NCBI GenBank assembly: GCA_964106915.2 | Contig: OZ066920.1 | Length of the DNA stretch: 64,000 nt | Reading direction: 5' to 3' (one strand) | Origin: Podarcis gaigeae | Lineage: Eukaryota | Shown here: positions 51,166 to 62,630 of the stretch, one piece after another | Layout of the letters: every line of letters begins with the position of its first letter | Numbering within the stretch: the first letter of the stretch is position 1 | Position numbers and translations under genes: made by a program | Notes under the pieces: model-generated | Database searches by the model: none | What the model was told of the DNA's origin: nothing | The model's input: the letters and a program-made list of their open reading frames with translations, nothing else

Positions 51166-53599
51166 CTTCAAGCTTCAGCTGGAGCTGGGACAATCAGGAA
51201 TTGCCTCCTAATTATGACTGAAGCCTTAGTTTGAAGCTGTTTAGTGAGCCATAGTTTTGAGGCAATCCTGGTTTGCTCCAATGCAACCCAAACACATTTA
51301 CAAAATTATGGTCATTGCAAATTAAGAAAAAGGGGTGGGGGATTACAAATGGAAGAGTGGAGGATGGAGTGTTCCAACTATGGCATGTTCCAATCACTAC
51401 TCCCTAAACCTTCTGTGTGTTGGGGGCTGAATGTCATAATAATCAGCCCTTTCTACTTGTATACATTCCCTGCCTGATTTAGAATCCTGATACTTCAAGG
51501 TTCTGAGTTTCGCCCATCACATGTGGAGATGGTGATGGTGTTGCAATGGATTGCGGGGAGCGCAGTGTTGCCCCTCCCTCATGCAATGGTAAATTGCATT
51601 GGGGAGGGGAAGAAAACACCTGAAAAGGCTTTACGTCTTACCCATTACCTGGAGGCAATAGAAATCAATGGAATAAAGCCTACTGTATGGATGGTTATAT
51701 AAGCAGCCCTGAGCACTGGCACATATGTCTTCACTCATTGCAAATCTGGCTTTTGTCTGGAATGTACCCTGTAATTTTTGAAGAGCCTATTCTTTTTAAT
51801 TGGCTCAGGTACTCTGGATTATGTACACATGGTAGAAAGTTAGTGTGCATCCATTTCAGATGCTACTGAGTATAACACAAATTAATGTGGCAATGTGTCT
51901 GCTATATATTTGATGTGTAAGAGTCCACTACCTTCTCTATTTGAATGAGCCACATGCAATTTTGTCCTCCACCACTAAGGCTGCAATCCTAACCCCATGA
52001 CCCTCCTGGGAACGAACTCCACTAAATTCAGCAAGATTTACTTTGAACTAGATATGGTTAGGATTGCATTGTAAATATTACTGTTTCTCTCCCTTTAACA
52101 TAATGCAAATGTGTCTTGAAAACAAAGTAGGGACAAGTTCTGAGCATCTGTCGTAGTGATAGCAATCCTTCTAATTTGGGAACAGAATATCTTAATCATC
52201 AGTTTCATTTTCTAAATTGATCTTCCCTTTGAAATGCTAAGGAAGGAAGATATTCCAGAGTAAAGTAATACACCAAAGTTATTTCCCCACCTCTCAATCC
52301 CACTTTCAAAATATTAGACGTTAACCCATTTCCTAGGTAACTAGCAACTATGGCGTCACACACCATCACACTTTGAACATACTCGGGGGCAAAATATATA
52401 ATTTTGTCTCCATAAATTGACAGCATGCTGTATTTTTTATTGTATTTTTTACAATTACTCCAGAAATAGTTTTCTATGAGCATGGCTCAGTCAATATAAA
52501 AACAGCATATGAATAATTGATGCTCTTTTTTTAGTTGCTTTGATCTCTCACAGTAGACATTTCTAGGGGAAAACTTTGATGACGTAGAGATCTTTTTGGC
52601 AAAGCAGCTAAGGGAGAAAGCAGGAGTCATCTCAGCAAACGCATGCTTTGAAGTTGACATTTGCAAAGATAATAGGTTTTATCCAAGGTTGTACAAGTGG
52701 AAGACAGCTCAACACAACTGATTGTTCCTTTCCTTTCCTCGTTCTGCAGCCCCCTGTACCCCACCAAGCTTTTCCAGAGGGCACCTACCAAATATTATTG
52801 GCAGTGTCTTATTGGGCTGAAGTGGGAGGGGAATAGCACTCAAAATTAGTAACCTTGAGAGAGCAGTGCAAGATTCCTTGGCCTGTTTTCCAGCAATTCC
52901 ACCATCCCTCTGCAGCCCTGTAAGACACAGTCCATAGTGTTCGGTAGAATAAGCTGTTCAGTGGGTATGCGGGGGGGCAATAGAGGAGACGGAAAAGAGT
53001 TGTACAATGGATCCAGCTCAGTCTGAATACAGGGGTGAGGAGGACCCTTGCAGGAGATATATTGGTGGTTTGTAAAGGCTGAAGCACTCCCAATCCACAT
53101 GCCCTCCCTTCTACATTACAATGGAATCACAGGGTTTGAAATGCCTTATTTCACCCTGTGTCCAATAACTTTAATAGTTGTCCCAGATATAATATATATA
53201 AAGCTGCACAATGAAGATATAGTGGGAACAATATTAAACAACCCCCCCCGGAATGTTTTTACTGCTACTGTTGGATGCTTCTTGCTTTTTATTTTTATTG
53301 CTGGTCATCTCTGTTGTCTCTAAATTAATTTTTGTTTTATTGCTGTAAGAAAGCTTTGAAAGGCTATTTTGGCCAAAAAAAGAAGCTTATTGATTTAACA
53401 TAGGAGAGTTGGTGGTTGACTACCATCAGAATATAAATGAAACTGGTGACCCACTAACATGATGGTAGATTCTACATATTCAAAGAATCTCTACATACAC
53501 AGAAGCGTGGAAGTTTCCAAGTTAGAATATTAAAATACCAAAACGTCATGACAAGAACTTGTGAGCTTTCAAGATTTATCATCATCTTCTTCATCATCA

Positions 53600-54050
53600 T
53601 CCATGTTATTTTAATTAATTGCCCACCCTTCACCCTAAGGTCCCGGGGTGGGTTGTAACAATTTAAAATAAAGTTTAAAACAGTTTTAAAACCTACAGTT
53701 AAAAAATACAATCACAAAAAGGGTGGGTCCTGAAAGTGTACATGTCACATTTCAAAGGCGAGGGTATAGAGGTACGATAATGAAGTTGTCAGTTGCACCT
53801 CTGTGGGGAGGGACTTCCACAACTTAAGGGTTGCCTCAGATAATGCTCCCTCTCAGACCTCTACCACCTAAGCTTCAAGAGAGCCGTTTCTGCCAAATGT
53901 AGCATCCGAGAGGGTCTGCAAGCGAGGAGGCAGCTTTTCATATATTGGGGGCATAAGTCATTCAGGGCAATAAACTCTAATGTGAGTGCCTTGAATTAGG
54001 TATGGCAACCAATGCAGGTTTTTAGAACAGGGGTTATATTTGATCCAAAT
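53600..54050 (-). mobile_element. L2-like LINE 3' fragment
   Basis: Same architecture as the 9.8-kb fragment (GGGGAGGGACTTCCACAA). Confidence 0.55.
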
Positions 54051-56681
54051 GGAACCCTGGTACAAAGACCAAGCCATTTTTGTTCAAAAGAGGCTGGGAA
54101 AAGGAACTCCTATCAATTTAAGGAATTTTGATGGCGGTTAAGCCTACAGATATAAGAAAAGTTAAGCTTCCTGAGATGCAGATTCTAGATCCTGAATGAA
54201 TATCAAAGACAAAAACGCATGTCTTCACTTATTTTAATTGGGGAACACCACAGCATTATTTTATACAAGCGGCTCTCACTTCTGCCCCTGAAGAGGGTGG
54301 GAAAAACAGCATTTCCCAACCTTGGATCTCCAGATGTTGTCTGAGTATGACTCTCATTATACCCCACCTGCAAGGCCAACTGTCCGGATGGTAGAACTAG
54401 CAGCAGAACAATATCTGAGGACACAAGGTTGGGAAGGTCTGCTCTATAAAGCAGTCAGGTAGAATAGACGAGTTTATGAATTTAATCTATGGCTAAGAGT
54501 TGTTGAGACACAGAATGTTAGGGTGTTCAGAGGAAGAAAAATGGAAAGCACTAATGCAATAGGTGGATAATGAAGCTTAATTATATTGGAATGGATGGAA
54601 GATTTGGCTTAATTATCTGTGATTGATGGTGACACCATGATCACTGAAAAGCCATTCAACTTTCCACCTTGATATGGGGAGAACTTAAGAGCATGACAAT
54701 TCTCTTCTGTAGCTGCTTCCACTCTAGTTTTTGCAATATGGAGGTTTATCTATGTGAATACATATATACAGCTATATAATGGAAGCAAAAGCCGCTGTTC
54801 AACAATAACTGTTAGTGAAGTCCATTTCCTTGGATTGGGTTTACCCTGCAGTATTTTAACATAAAAGTTATTTCCCTGACTCTTTCAAGGAAAGTAAGGG
54901 TTTATCCACACTTACATTTTGCCCTGCTCTTTCCAGTCATAAATTCCCGCTTTTAACATTTTGTGTCTGAGCTTTTGTTGTTGTTGCCCCAAGCTTTCCC
55001 CATGAAAACCCACTCTTTAAAGCTCAGTTGGACCAAACATCCATCCATGGAAAATTGAAATTGGTGTTTGCTACGATTTGGCTTTAAAGAGCTGGTTTCT
55101 GCAGGGAAAATTGGGGCAACCCACCCCCACAAACACTTGGACATGCAGCGTTAAAGTGCAGACCTCTGCCTTGAAAGGGTGAGGCAAAAGTATGGATAAG
55201 CCCAAAGTCTGCAAAAAGTCTCTTCATTGCACTTGAACAATAGGTCTGATTAAACTATTTAATCCAATGTCATTAGCATTTTATACCTGCCTAACCTGAG
55301 ATGAATGGGTTAATACTGAAAACATTTTACTTTATAATTTGCTGTGCTTTTCTTTATATCTTTGTACCGCAGCAGCACAATTAGAACGGATGCTCAGTGC
55401 AGTTCAGGTTTATTTATTTTAAGTCAGACAAAAACATACAATAAGAAGCAGCTAATACATATCGGAGAATCTATTCCTAATACTAAAATCCTGGTAAATA
55501 TATATGCTCAGGGATAATCCAGATGACATTTAGCACATTAATCTTAACAGATTTTGCATGCTTTTTTAGACCTAAGGCAAAAGTAGTCATTACCCACAGG
55601 GCCCCCATTATTATTAACAAGCAAATCATATACATTTTGAGATAGACCAAAAATAATATTCTTGCCCCAATAAAGGAAGAAACTTTCCCCAAGAAACATC
55701 TGCCCTAATAGGCAATAAAACAAATAACATCTCAAATAGTCAGCTGTTTCAGAACTACATATACAAATCTTACAGATACATCATAAAGTACCTGTTGACA
55801 TCTTCCCTTGAGAACTGCAGAACACATTAAATTTAATTCAGAAAGGGCAAGGCTACAAAACATATGCAGACTTGGAATTAACCCCTTCTGAATACAATTA
55901 GAAACTCCTGAGCAAACATGACTAGTGGTTGTGCTGTACCTGTATTGAGTAATTGCTAGTGATGTCAGAAAGTACTCTAACGCATGCTGGTACTTAAATT
56001 TTGCAAGCCAAGGGGAAATCCTGGGACTTGCTCTCCAGGGACTGGTCTTTTCTGAATGTAAGTATCTCTTAATCATATTTTGATTATGACTGTCCAAGAA
56101 CTGGAAAAATAATCTGTCGAAAACTCATAGTAGGACTATCTGCCTAACCCTTTCCAGCCATGTTGTACTAAACCAACTGCTCTGAGAAACAATTTTCTGA
56201 AGTATACCATCACCACTAAACAATATTTTTAATCTAATAATTAAACAAGTGTCTGTCTGTATGTCAATTATAATGTATGTATAAAACAACAACATTTTTT
56301 TAAAAAAACTTATTTGCAAAACCAATATTGAATTCATATTGATAAACTCCTGCAAAGGTTAAAAGTGAAGCATTCATTTGGACCAGCAACATGGCAGCTG
56401 TTTTGAACCACTATTCAATAAGTTAGAATTTCAAAGAGTGTGAAGTACCTAGAAAACCTAGCAGAAGCTATAATAAAAGAAACCTGTTGCTTTGTGTGAT
56501 TCAGATTTTAAGATTCACTTAAAACTGGAACATCTGTCTTCATTTTCTGAAGCTTACAAACTTTATGAAATCAACAAATAAATACATCTGCAAAACACTA
56601 GAACCAAAATAGAGTCCTGTATTTTCACTAGGAAGAAGTAAAATTATGAGACAAAAATGATCAGTGTTTAGTTTAGCTTAC

Positions 56682-56930
56682 CTGAGCCTATTGTTTAAAA
56701 CAGCAACACAGCACTAATTCTGCTCTTTGGAGCTGGACCATTTGCCCATAAACATTTATAAGCAAGGAACTCCAAAGTAACCTTTAACTTTAGTGATCAT
56801 TCTCTCTCTTGTGCTCAGAGCAGAGCAATCTAATACACCTTATCATGTGGTGTGTTGCTATAGCAACAGTGAATCCAGCTGCTGCAATACAAAAGACTGA
56901 CAAAAACTTGTTTTCTCCCCTTCCGCCCAC
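56682..56930 (-). promoter_or_regulatory. Candidate DTNA alternative promoter / non-coding first exon
   Basis: Minus-strand CAG|GTAAGC donor at 56682/56681, TATAAA at 56760-56755, perfect palindrome TGTTGCTATAGCAACA (RFX X-box) at 56853-56868, CAGCTG E-box near 56877 and GC box near 56923, in repeat-free sequence. The ATG exon has only 1 nt of UTR and so needs an upstream exon. Confidence 0.5.
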
Positions 56931-57217
56931 CTAGTTAGAGTCAGGGTGCTTTCCTTATGCTTGCATAGCCTATCTGATCTCCATTTACTTCTAGTACCGA
57001 CTGATCTGGATTAATGTAGGCAGCAGAATGTAAAAAAAGTAAAATGGGCATTCAAGTGCTTTTAGCCAATACAGTTAAATGACATCTTATCATATAAAAT
57101 TGCCACTCATTGCTTAAAATCACTTAGATACAAGGAATCCAAAGATTATAAAGGGAAACAAACTATACCCTAAGATAGAATTCTCTGTATGTTCACTCTT
57201 ATCCCAGAATAAGCTAC

Positions 57218-57473
57218 AAGAAGAAGAAGAAGAGGAGTTTGGATTTGATATCCCGCCTTTCACTCCCTTTAAGGAGTCTCAAAGCGGCTAACATTCTCCT
57301 TTCCCTTCCTCTCCCACAACAAACACTCTGTGAGGTGAGTGGGCTGAGAGACTTCAAAGAAGTGTGACTGGCCCAAGGTCACCCAGCAGCTGCATGTGGA
57401 GGAGCAGAGACGGGAACCCGGTTCCCCAGATTATGAGTCTCCCGCTCTTAACCACTACACCACACTGGCTCTC
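57218..57473 (-). mobile_element. Squam3-type SINE with (CTT)n tail
   Basis: Near-identical to the 10.8-kb copy; same head and tail. Confidence 0.9.
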
Positions 57474-58480
57474 AAAACAGCCCTCTAGATGATGATCACG
57501 TCAAACAGTACAGTGGTAGATCAAATACAGTGGTAGATCAAATATAAATAACCATTGTAGCCAAGATGGCTACTCTATATTGTAACTACCAGAAGTTATA
57601 ATACAAGATTCTTTAAAAACGAACAAACACATGTTGAGATATATATTTTTTGGTATAGTCAAATGAAATGGTTTTTATGTTGTATAGCCAACAGAAAAAC
57701 CAACAGTGAAAAACAATTACAGAGCTCATGTCACATTATTTGCAAAGGACTGGGGTATGGGTGACCAGAAATAATCCAATTATGATCTGCCTTTGGTAAA
57801 GTAATACAAGATTCTTCCATAGCAACCTTAGCCCCTTCATTGCCCTCCATTTGCCCCAGCTGCTGGGAAGTGGTAGTCCAAAACATATGGAGGGCAATGG
57901 TTGTTCTACCCCCTCAGGGGTTGCCAACATTTTTGAGCCTGTGTGCACATTTGAAAACAGATGAGAACCACACATATACTGCAAACAAGCACACAACACA
58001 ACCTATTATAGTAACTACAAGAGGATGCTTCTTTCAAAGTCTAATTTCAGTGAGGCAAGGGGACACTGTGGGCACCAGGGGAGGCCTCTGCAGGGTCTTG
58101 TGCACCCGGGGGGGGGGCATATTGGCAGCCTCCTGTTTTATGGAGAATCCATAACGTAACATATAATTGGGCATGAGCCCCCCATGCTAAGAAAATAGAT
58201 AGGTGGCACAAATTCAATGTTAAAAAACAGAATTAATTGACAGTGATTATTGTCAGGGCTGAATTTCTGAAATAATATTCAGTTTTCAGACTGCTCATCT
58301 TCCAGATTTGGTTCCTATACTGAAGACACAAAAATGATGAGTCTAGGGGAGAAAATAAGGAGACCTCCCCTTGTGTGAGCCACTGGACTTGCTGAATTAG
58401 CATGTGTGGCAAGGGATACCTGCAAAACACTTTGCAATCAGTGCTCATATTCTGCAACAGATGGCTCACCAATTTTAACA

Positions 58481-58717
58481 TAAAAATTCCTTCCAGTAGC
58501 ACCTTAAAGACCAACTAAGTTAGTTCTTAGTATGAGCTTTCGTGTGCATGCACACTTCTTCAGATACACACTTCTTCATGACAGATTTACCCAAATCTGT
58601 GTGCATGCACACGAAAGCTCATACTAAGAACTAACTTAGTTGGTCTTTAAGGTGCTACTGGAAGGAATTTTTTTGTTTTGACTATGGCAGACCAACACGG
58701 CTACCTATCTGTAACTA
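58481..58717 (+). mobile_element. Penelope-like retroelement terminal fragment with 5' inversion (fold-back), copy 1
   Basis: Perfect 74-bp inverted arms (58482-58555 / 58599-58672), 3' tail ACTATGGCAGACCAACACGGCTACCTATCTGTAAC shared with copy 2, 11-bp TSD CAATTTTAACA (58470-58480 / 58718-58728), embedded hammerhead motif. Confidence 0.8.
58530..58567 (-). ncRNA. Minimal type I hammerhead ribozyme motif (DTNA sense strand)
   Basis: GUAU-CUGAAGA-A-GUGUGCAUGCACAC-GAAA-GC-UC^AUAC: both core boxes present, stem I GUAU/AUAC, hairpin stem II, palindromic AGCU in place of stem III. Confidence 0.7.
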
Positions 58718-60192
58718 CAATTTTAACAGCGCAGCTATAATTTCTTGGACAAAATAATCACTTTCTGATCCAAACAACTCAAATATTTACTTAACATTTC
58801 CATATCTACCTTTAACAACAATACACAATTGCAAGATGTATACAACTAATAGAATAAAGAACCTCCCAAAATAACAAAGCTTCCTCAGGCCAAGAAAACG
58901 TTGTACTGCAATCCATGTCTATCGTACAGAGTTCAGTATGGCTTACTCCCAAGTAAGTGGGTATAAGACTGCAGCCTACATGAATTCTGGCTCTCTTGTG
59001 AAAAGCTTATTCATAAATCCTTTGATTAAGACTGTCAGTGGACTTATACACACAAGTTGCAAGCAAAGTACATTTCCCAAGGAAGTCACATGATTAATTT
59101 TATTGCCTTTCATGTCTACATTTAATGAGGTCAAGAAAACAGAAAATGCAAATATAAAAATATTTTTAAAGCCTAGGAGAATATGAAAAGAAGGTCACCT
59201 GTGTCAACAGCAAAAAAAAAAGTCTACAGATGTTTTGCATAGCAGTATTTATTGTTGTTTTGCAAAACAAAGCATGGGGGTGCAGAATGAGACGTGTTTT
59301 GCAAATACTCAGTACAACACAAAACTTCCATATTTTGCAAATTAGGGTGCAGGGTGGCTATTCAAGGTAGAAGCAAAGCTCCAAATGTAGCACCTGCTAA
59401 CTCTCTACAGATGGTCTGATAAGGAAAAGATGAATAGAGCTACTGCTTGAATAATTTATGCCTATTCTAGTATGCAAGGAGTAAAAACTGACTTAGGTGT
59501 CTTTTATGGGAGTTTGGCAGGCCTTTCCCTTATCAAGACTGCATTTTAGTAAACCAAAATAGTAAGTATGTTGATCTAAATAATTCAACCTAATTCAATT
59601 CAGCCGTATTCAAGATGAAAATAATTTCCCCAATTTAAGGTAGAAGCATTCCTTGTTTGTTTGTTTTTTAAAAAAGAAAGCATGTCATTAACGTATCCTT
59701 AAAACAGTGAAGTTAAACTATATACAGTAACAATCTTAGAAAGGGTATTTGTTTCTTATGCAATGTTATTTGATGGTTTTGTGATGCAAAATACAGCAAG
59801 ATTAAGAAAACAGAGTTTTGTCTGCTGGCTGTCAGAATGTGACTCAATGGGCGTTTTATTCCTAATGATTAATTCTTAGCAACTTTGGAGCCTGCATATC
59901 CTTTCACCAATAGAGGTTGATCCAACAAAAGCTAGCAGCTTTTCTGGATCTAGAACCAACAAGCAAAATGTATCAAAAATAGCATTGCACTGTGCAAAGC
60001 ACAGTACATTCCTGGTCATAAAATGATGAACTGGCTTTGCAGTTAGCAATCTCTAATTAGAATAGAAATTTTGCTGCGGTGAGGTTATGCAAGAATACCT
60101 TGTAAGGCCACAGGGCAACTGGAATCCCAAAGTGATTAAAATATGGTGATCATTCCCTTATTTACATAACAAAGGGAAAATAAAAAGATGCT

Positions 60193-60452
60193 TTTCTAGG
60201 CTGCATTAACAGAAGTATAGGGTCCAGATCAAAGGAAGTAATGGTACTGCTCTATTCTGTCTTTGTCAGACCACAGCTGGAGTAGTGAGTCCAGTTCTGA
60301 GTGTCACAGTTTAAGAAGAACATTAACAGGCTGGAATGTGTGCAGAGGAGGGTGACCAAGATGATCTAGAGTCTGGAAACTAAGCTTTATGAGGAATGGT
60401 TCAGGAAGTTGGGTATGTTTCTGCAGAAAATGGAGGGCTCTGAGGCAGATGA
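60193..60452 (+). mobile_element. CR1 LINE ORF2 fragment adjoining fold-back copy 2
   Basis: Decayed LGCINRSI...LYS..VRP.LE..VQF...LECVQRRVTKMI motif typical of the CR1 ORF2 region downstream of the RT domain. Confidence 0.8.
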
Positions 60453-60525
60453 GTAACCCATAAGGGATAAAACAAAAAAAAAATCCTTCCAGTAGCACCT
60501 TAAAGACCAACTAAGTTAGTTCTTG

Positions 60526-60563
60526 GTATGAGCTTTCGTGTGCATGCACACTTCTTCAGATAC
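60526..60563 (-). ncRNA. Minimal type I hammerhead ribozyme motif (DTNA sense strand)
   Basis: Identical 38-nt motif in the left arm of fold-back copy 2. Confidence 0.7.
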
Positions 60564-60585
60564 ACAGTGTGTATCTGAAGTGTGT

Positions 60586-60623
60586 GTATCTGAAGAAGTG
60601 TGCATGCACACGAAAGCTCATAC
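60586..60623 (+). ncRNA. Minimal type I hammerhead ribozyme motif (plus strand)
   Basis: GTAT 60586-89, CTGAAGA 60590-96, stem II 60598-611, GAAA 60612-15, predicted cleavage after C60619, ATAC 60620-23. Confidence 0.7.
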
Positions 60624-61215
60624 CAAGAACTAACTTAGTTGGTCTTTAAGGTGCTACTGGAAGGAATTTTTTTTGTTTTGACTATGGCAGACCAACACGG
60701 CTACCTATCTGTAACCATAAGGGATAAGGTTTAGTGGTGACATAACCTAAATAAAGATTTTATAGTTTTATGAAGACTATAATGTGTGTGTGTGCAAAAA
60801 TCTCCACCCTTTCTTTTATTTGCCAGAAAATATAATCAATACATCAATAAAAAACCTTATTGATAAATATTTACATATTTATGTATTTAAATATAGCTTA
60901 TTATTATTAGTGCCTAGGGTAATTCATATATAAATCTGTCAACAACATTTCCCAGATAAAAAGTCACATAAGAGAAATGTAAAGCCTGCTATTAATCTTT
61001 TCCTGTGTAGCTTAAAATACATTAGAAACATATTTCATAGATCCAAATGCAAATGTGACAACAACTACATTGGATATGCTTCCCGTATACAATAATTATC
61101 CATTCCTTATTGGCATACTGCAGTGCTTATGGTGCCAAGTTAGATTAATCTGATTTCTGAAGACGTTCAATATTTTCCATTAGTTTTATTACGCTTTATA
61201 TAAAAAAAAGCCTTC

Positions 61216-61218
<3 letters not shown>

Positions 61219-61254
<36 letters not shown>
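61219..61254. repeat. (AC)n microsatellite
   Basis: Directly visible. Confidence 0.95.
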
Positions 61255-61257
<3 letters not shown>

Positions 61258-61614
61258 GTAGCATGAAATGACCTCTAATCCTGAAATAAAATATTGGAAT
61301 GTAACCAACATTTTAGCAAGCATTTTAACATAAATCTGAAAGGCCTGCTTCATTCTATTATTAACACTACTCAAGACAGAATTGGTAATGCAGAGTGTAG
61401 GTGGCCAAAGATGACTCCGAATGTCCAGTTTAAGTACCAAGCACCACTTGAGCCTCCCACCTAGGGTCCCCTGTTGGGCAATAGCTTGACCCGATGTGTG
61501 ATGATTCACAATATGTGATGAGTGATTCTGGTTATAAAGTGAGCTGTGCACTTCTTTTTAAAATGGAACTAGCAAAAGCAACTGGATTTTCTAAGGCAAA
61601 GCCCATTAGCACTA

Positions 61615-61840
61615 CAGTGGTACCTTGGGTTAAGTACTTAATTCGTTCCGGAGGTCCGTTCTTAACCTGAAACTGTTCTTAACCTGAAGCACCACTTTAG
61701 CTAATGGGGCCTCCTGCTGCTGCCACACCGCCGGAGCACAATTTCTGTTCTCATCCTGAAGCAAAGTTCTTAACCTGAAGCACTATTTCTGGGTTAGGGG
61801 CGTCTGTAACCTGAAGCGTATGTAACCCGAGGTACCAGTG
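61615..61840 (-). mobile_element. Tc1/mariner-pogo-type MITE (opposite orientation)
   Basis: TA-flanked TIRs; same family as above. Confidence 0.9.
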
Positions 61841-62630
61841 TAATTTAAAAATGATATGTGATTAATTACTCTCCTTTCCTTGTAATGCTGCTTTCTCAGT
61901 GTCTTCCTTTTCTTTCTTTTTCGATTTTTCTTTTGAGCACAGATACCACCACATAGGTGCCCTTCCAGATATTTTATACTCCTGGGTAGAATATATTCCT
62001 TTGTGCAGCCTTTCCATTAAGGTAATAAACTCGAAACAGGCAGAAAAAGTTTATATTAAGAAAATATAAGTCATTAATTACCTGTCCAAAAATCCCCTGC
62101 TTTATAAAACTGGAATTACTGAAATGCAGCGGATCCTCTCCTCATAAATATCTTTTGGTAATATGCATTTTAATTCATTCAATAAAAGTAAAATCTATTT
62201 TTGTACAATGCCAAAAGGAGAGACATAATGAAATATATGAGCCACTACTGGTCAATGATTAAAATGTGCTCTCATTACTGTGCCCTTCTGCTATTAGCAT
62301 GAGAAATGAGAATAAGATGGTGATGGGGGCATCATGATGAATATAATAATCTCACAAAAAGATTTGTGAGAAGTCTAACGATGGAGACTATGGATAATTA
62401 TAGGGGGTGCAATCCTGCTCAAGCTAAGAATGCTTATATCCTGCCCATTTCAATGGCAAGGTCAATCACATGTTTAACAATGCCTTCCATTCAGTAGGGC
62501 TTATATTTGCTTAACTTCGGTTGGCTTGTACCCAGTATAGAGGGAAGTAAAATACCCCATAACTCTTTTGAGGGTTTCCATTTCTCTCTGTCCCACTCCC
62601 TCTCTTTCTCTCTCTCTTCTCACACACATA

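Larger units (their letters stand above)
60471..60714 (+). mobile_element. Penelope-like retroelement terminal fragment with 5' inversion (fold-back), copy 2
   Basis: Perfect 83-bp inverted arms (60484-60566 / 60583-60665), same 3' tail as copy 1, 13-bp TSD CCATAAGGGATAA (60458-60470 / 60715-60727). Confidence 0.8.

Noticed and set aside
22850-57545. Short perfect tandem duplications (about 22850-22885, 41879-41914, 46991-47023, 57508-57543)
   Set aside because: Ordinary replication-slippage duplications with no shared sequence or pattern.
58233-60510. Two ORFs starting MVFKVLLEG
   Set aside because: The shared start comes from the fold-back element arm and uses a non-ATG codon; downstream sequences are unrelated.
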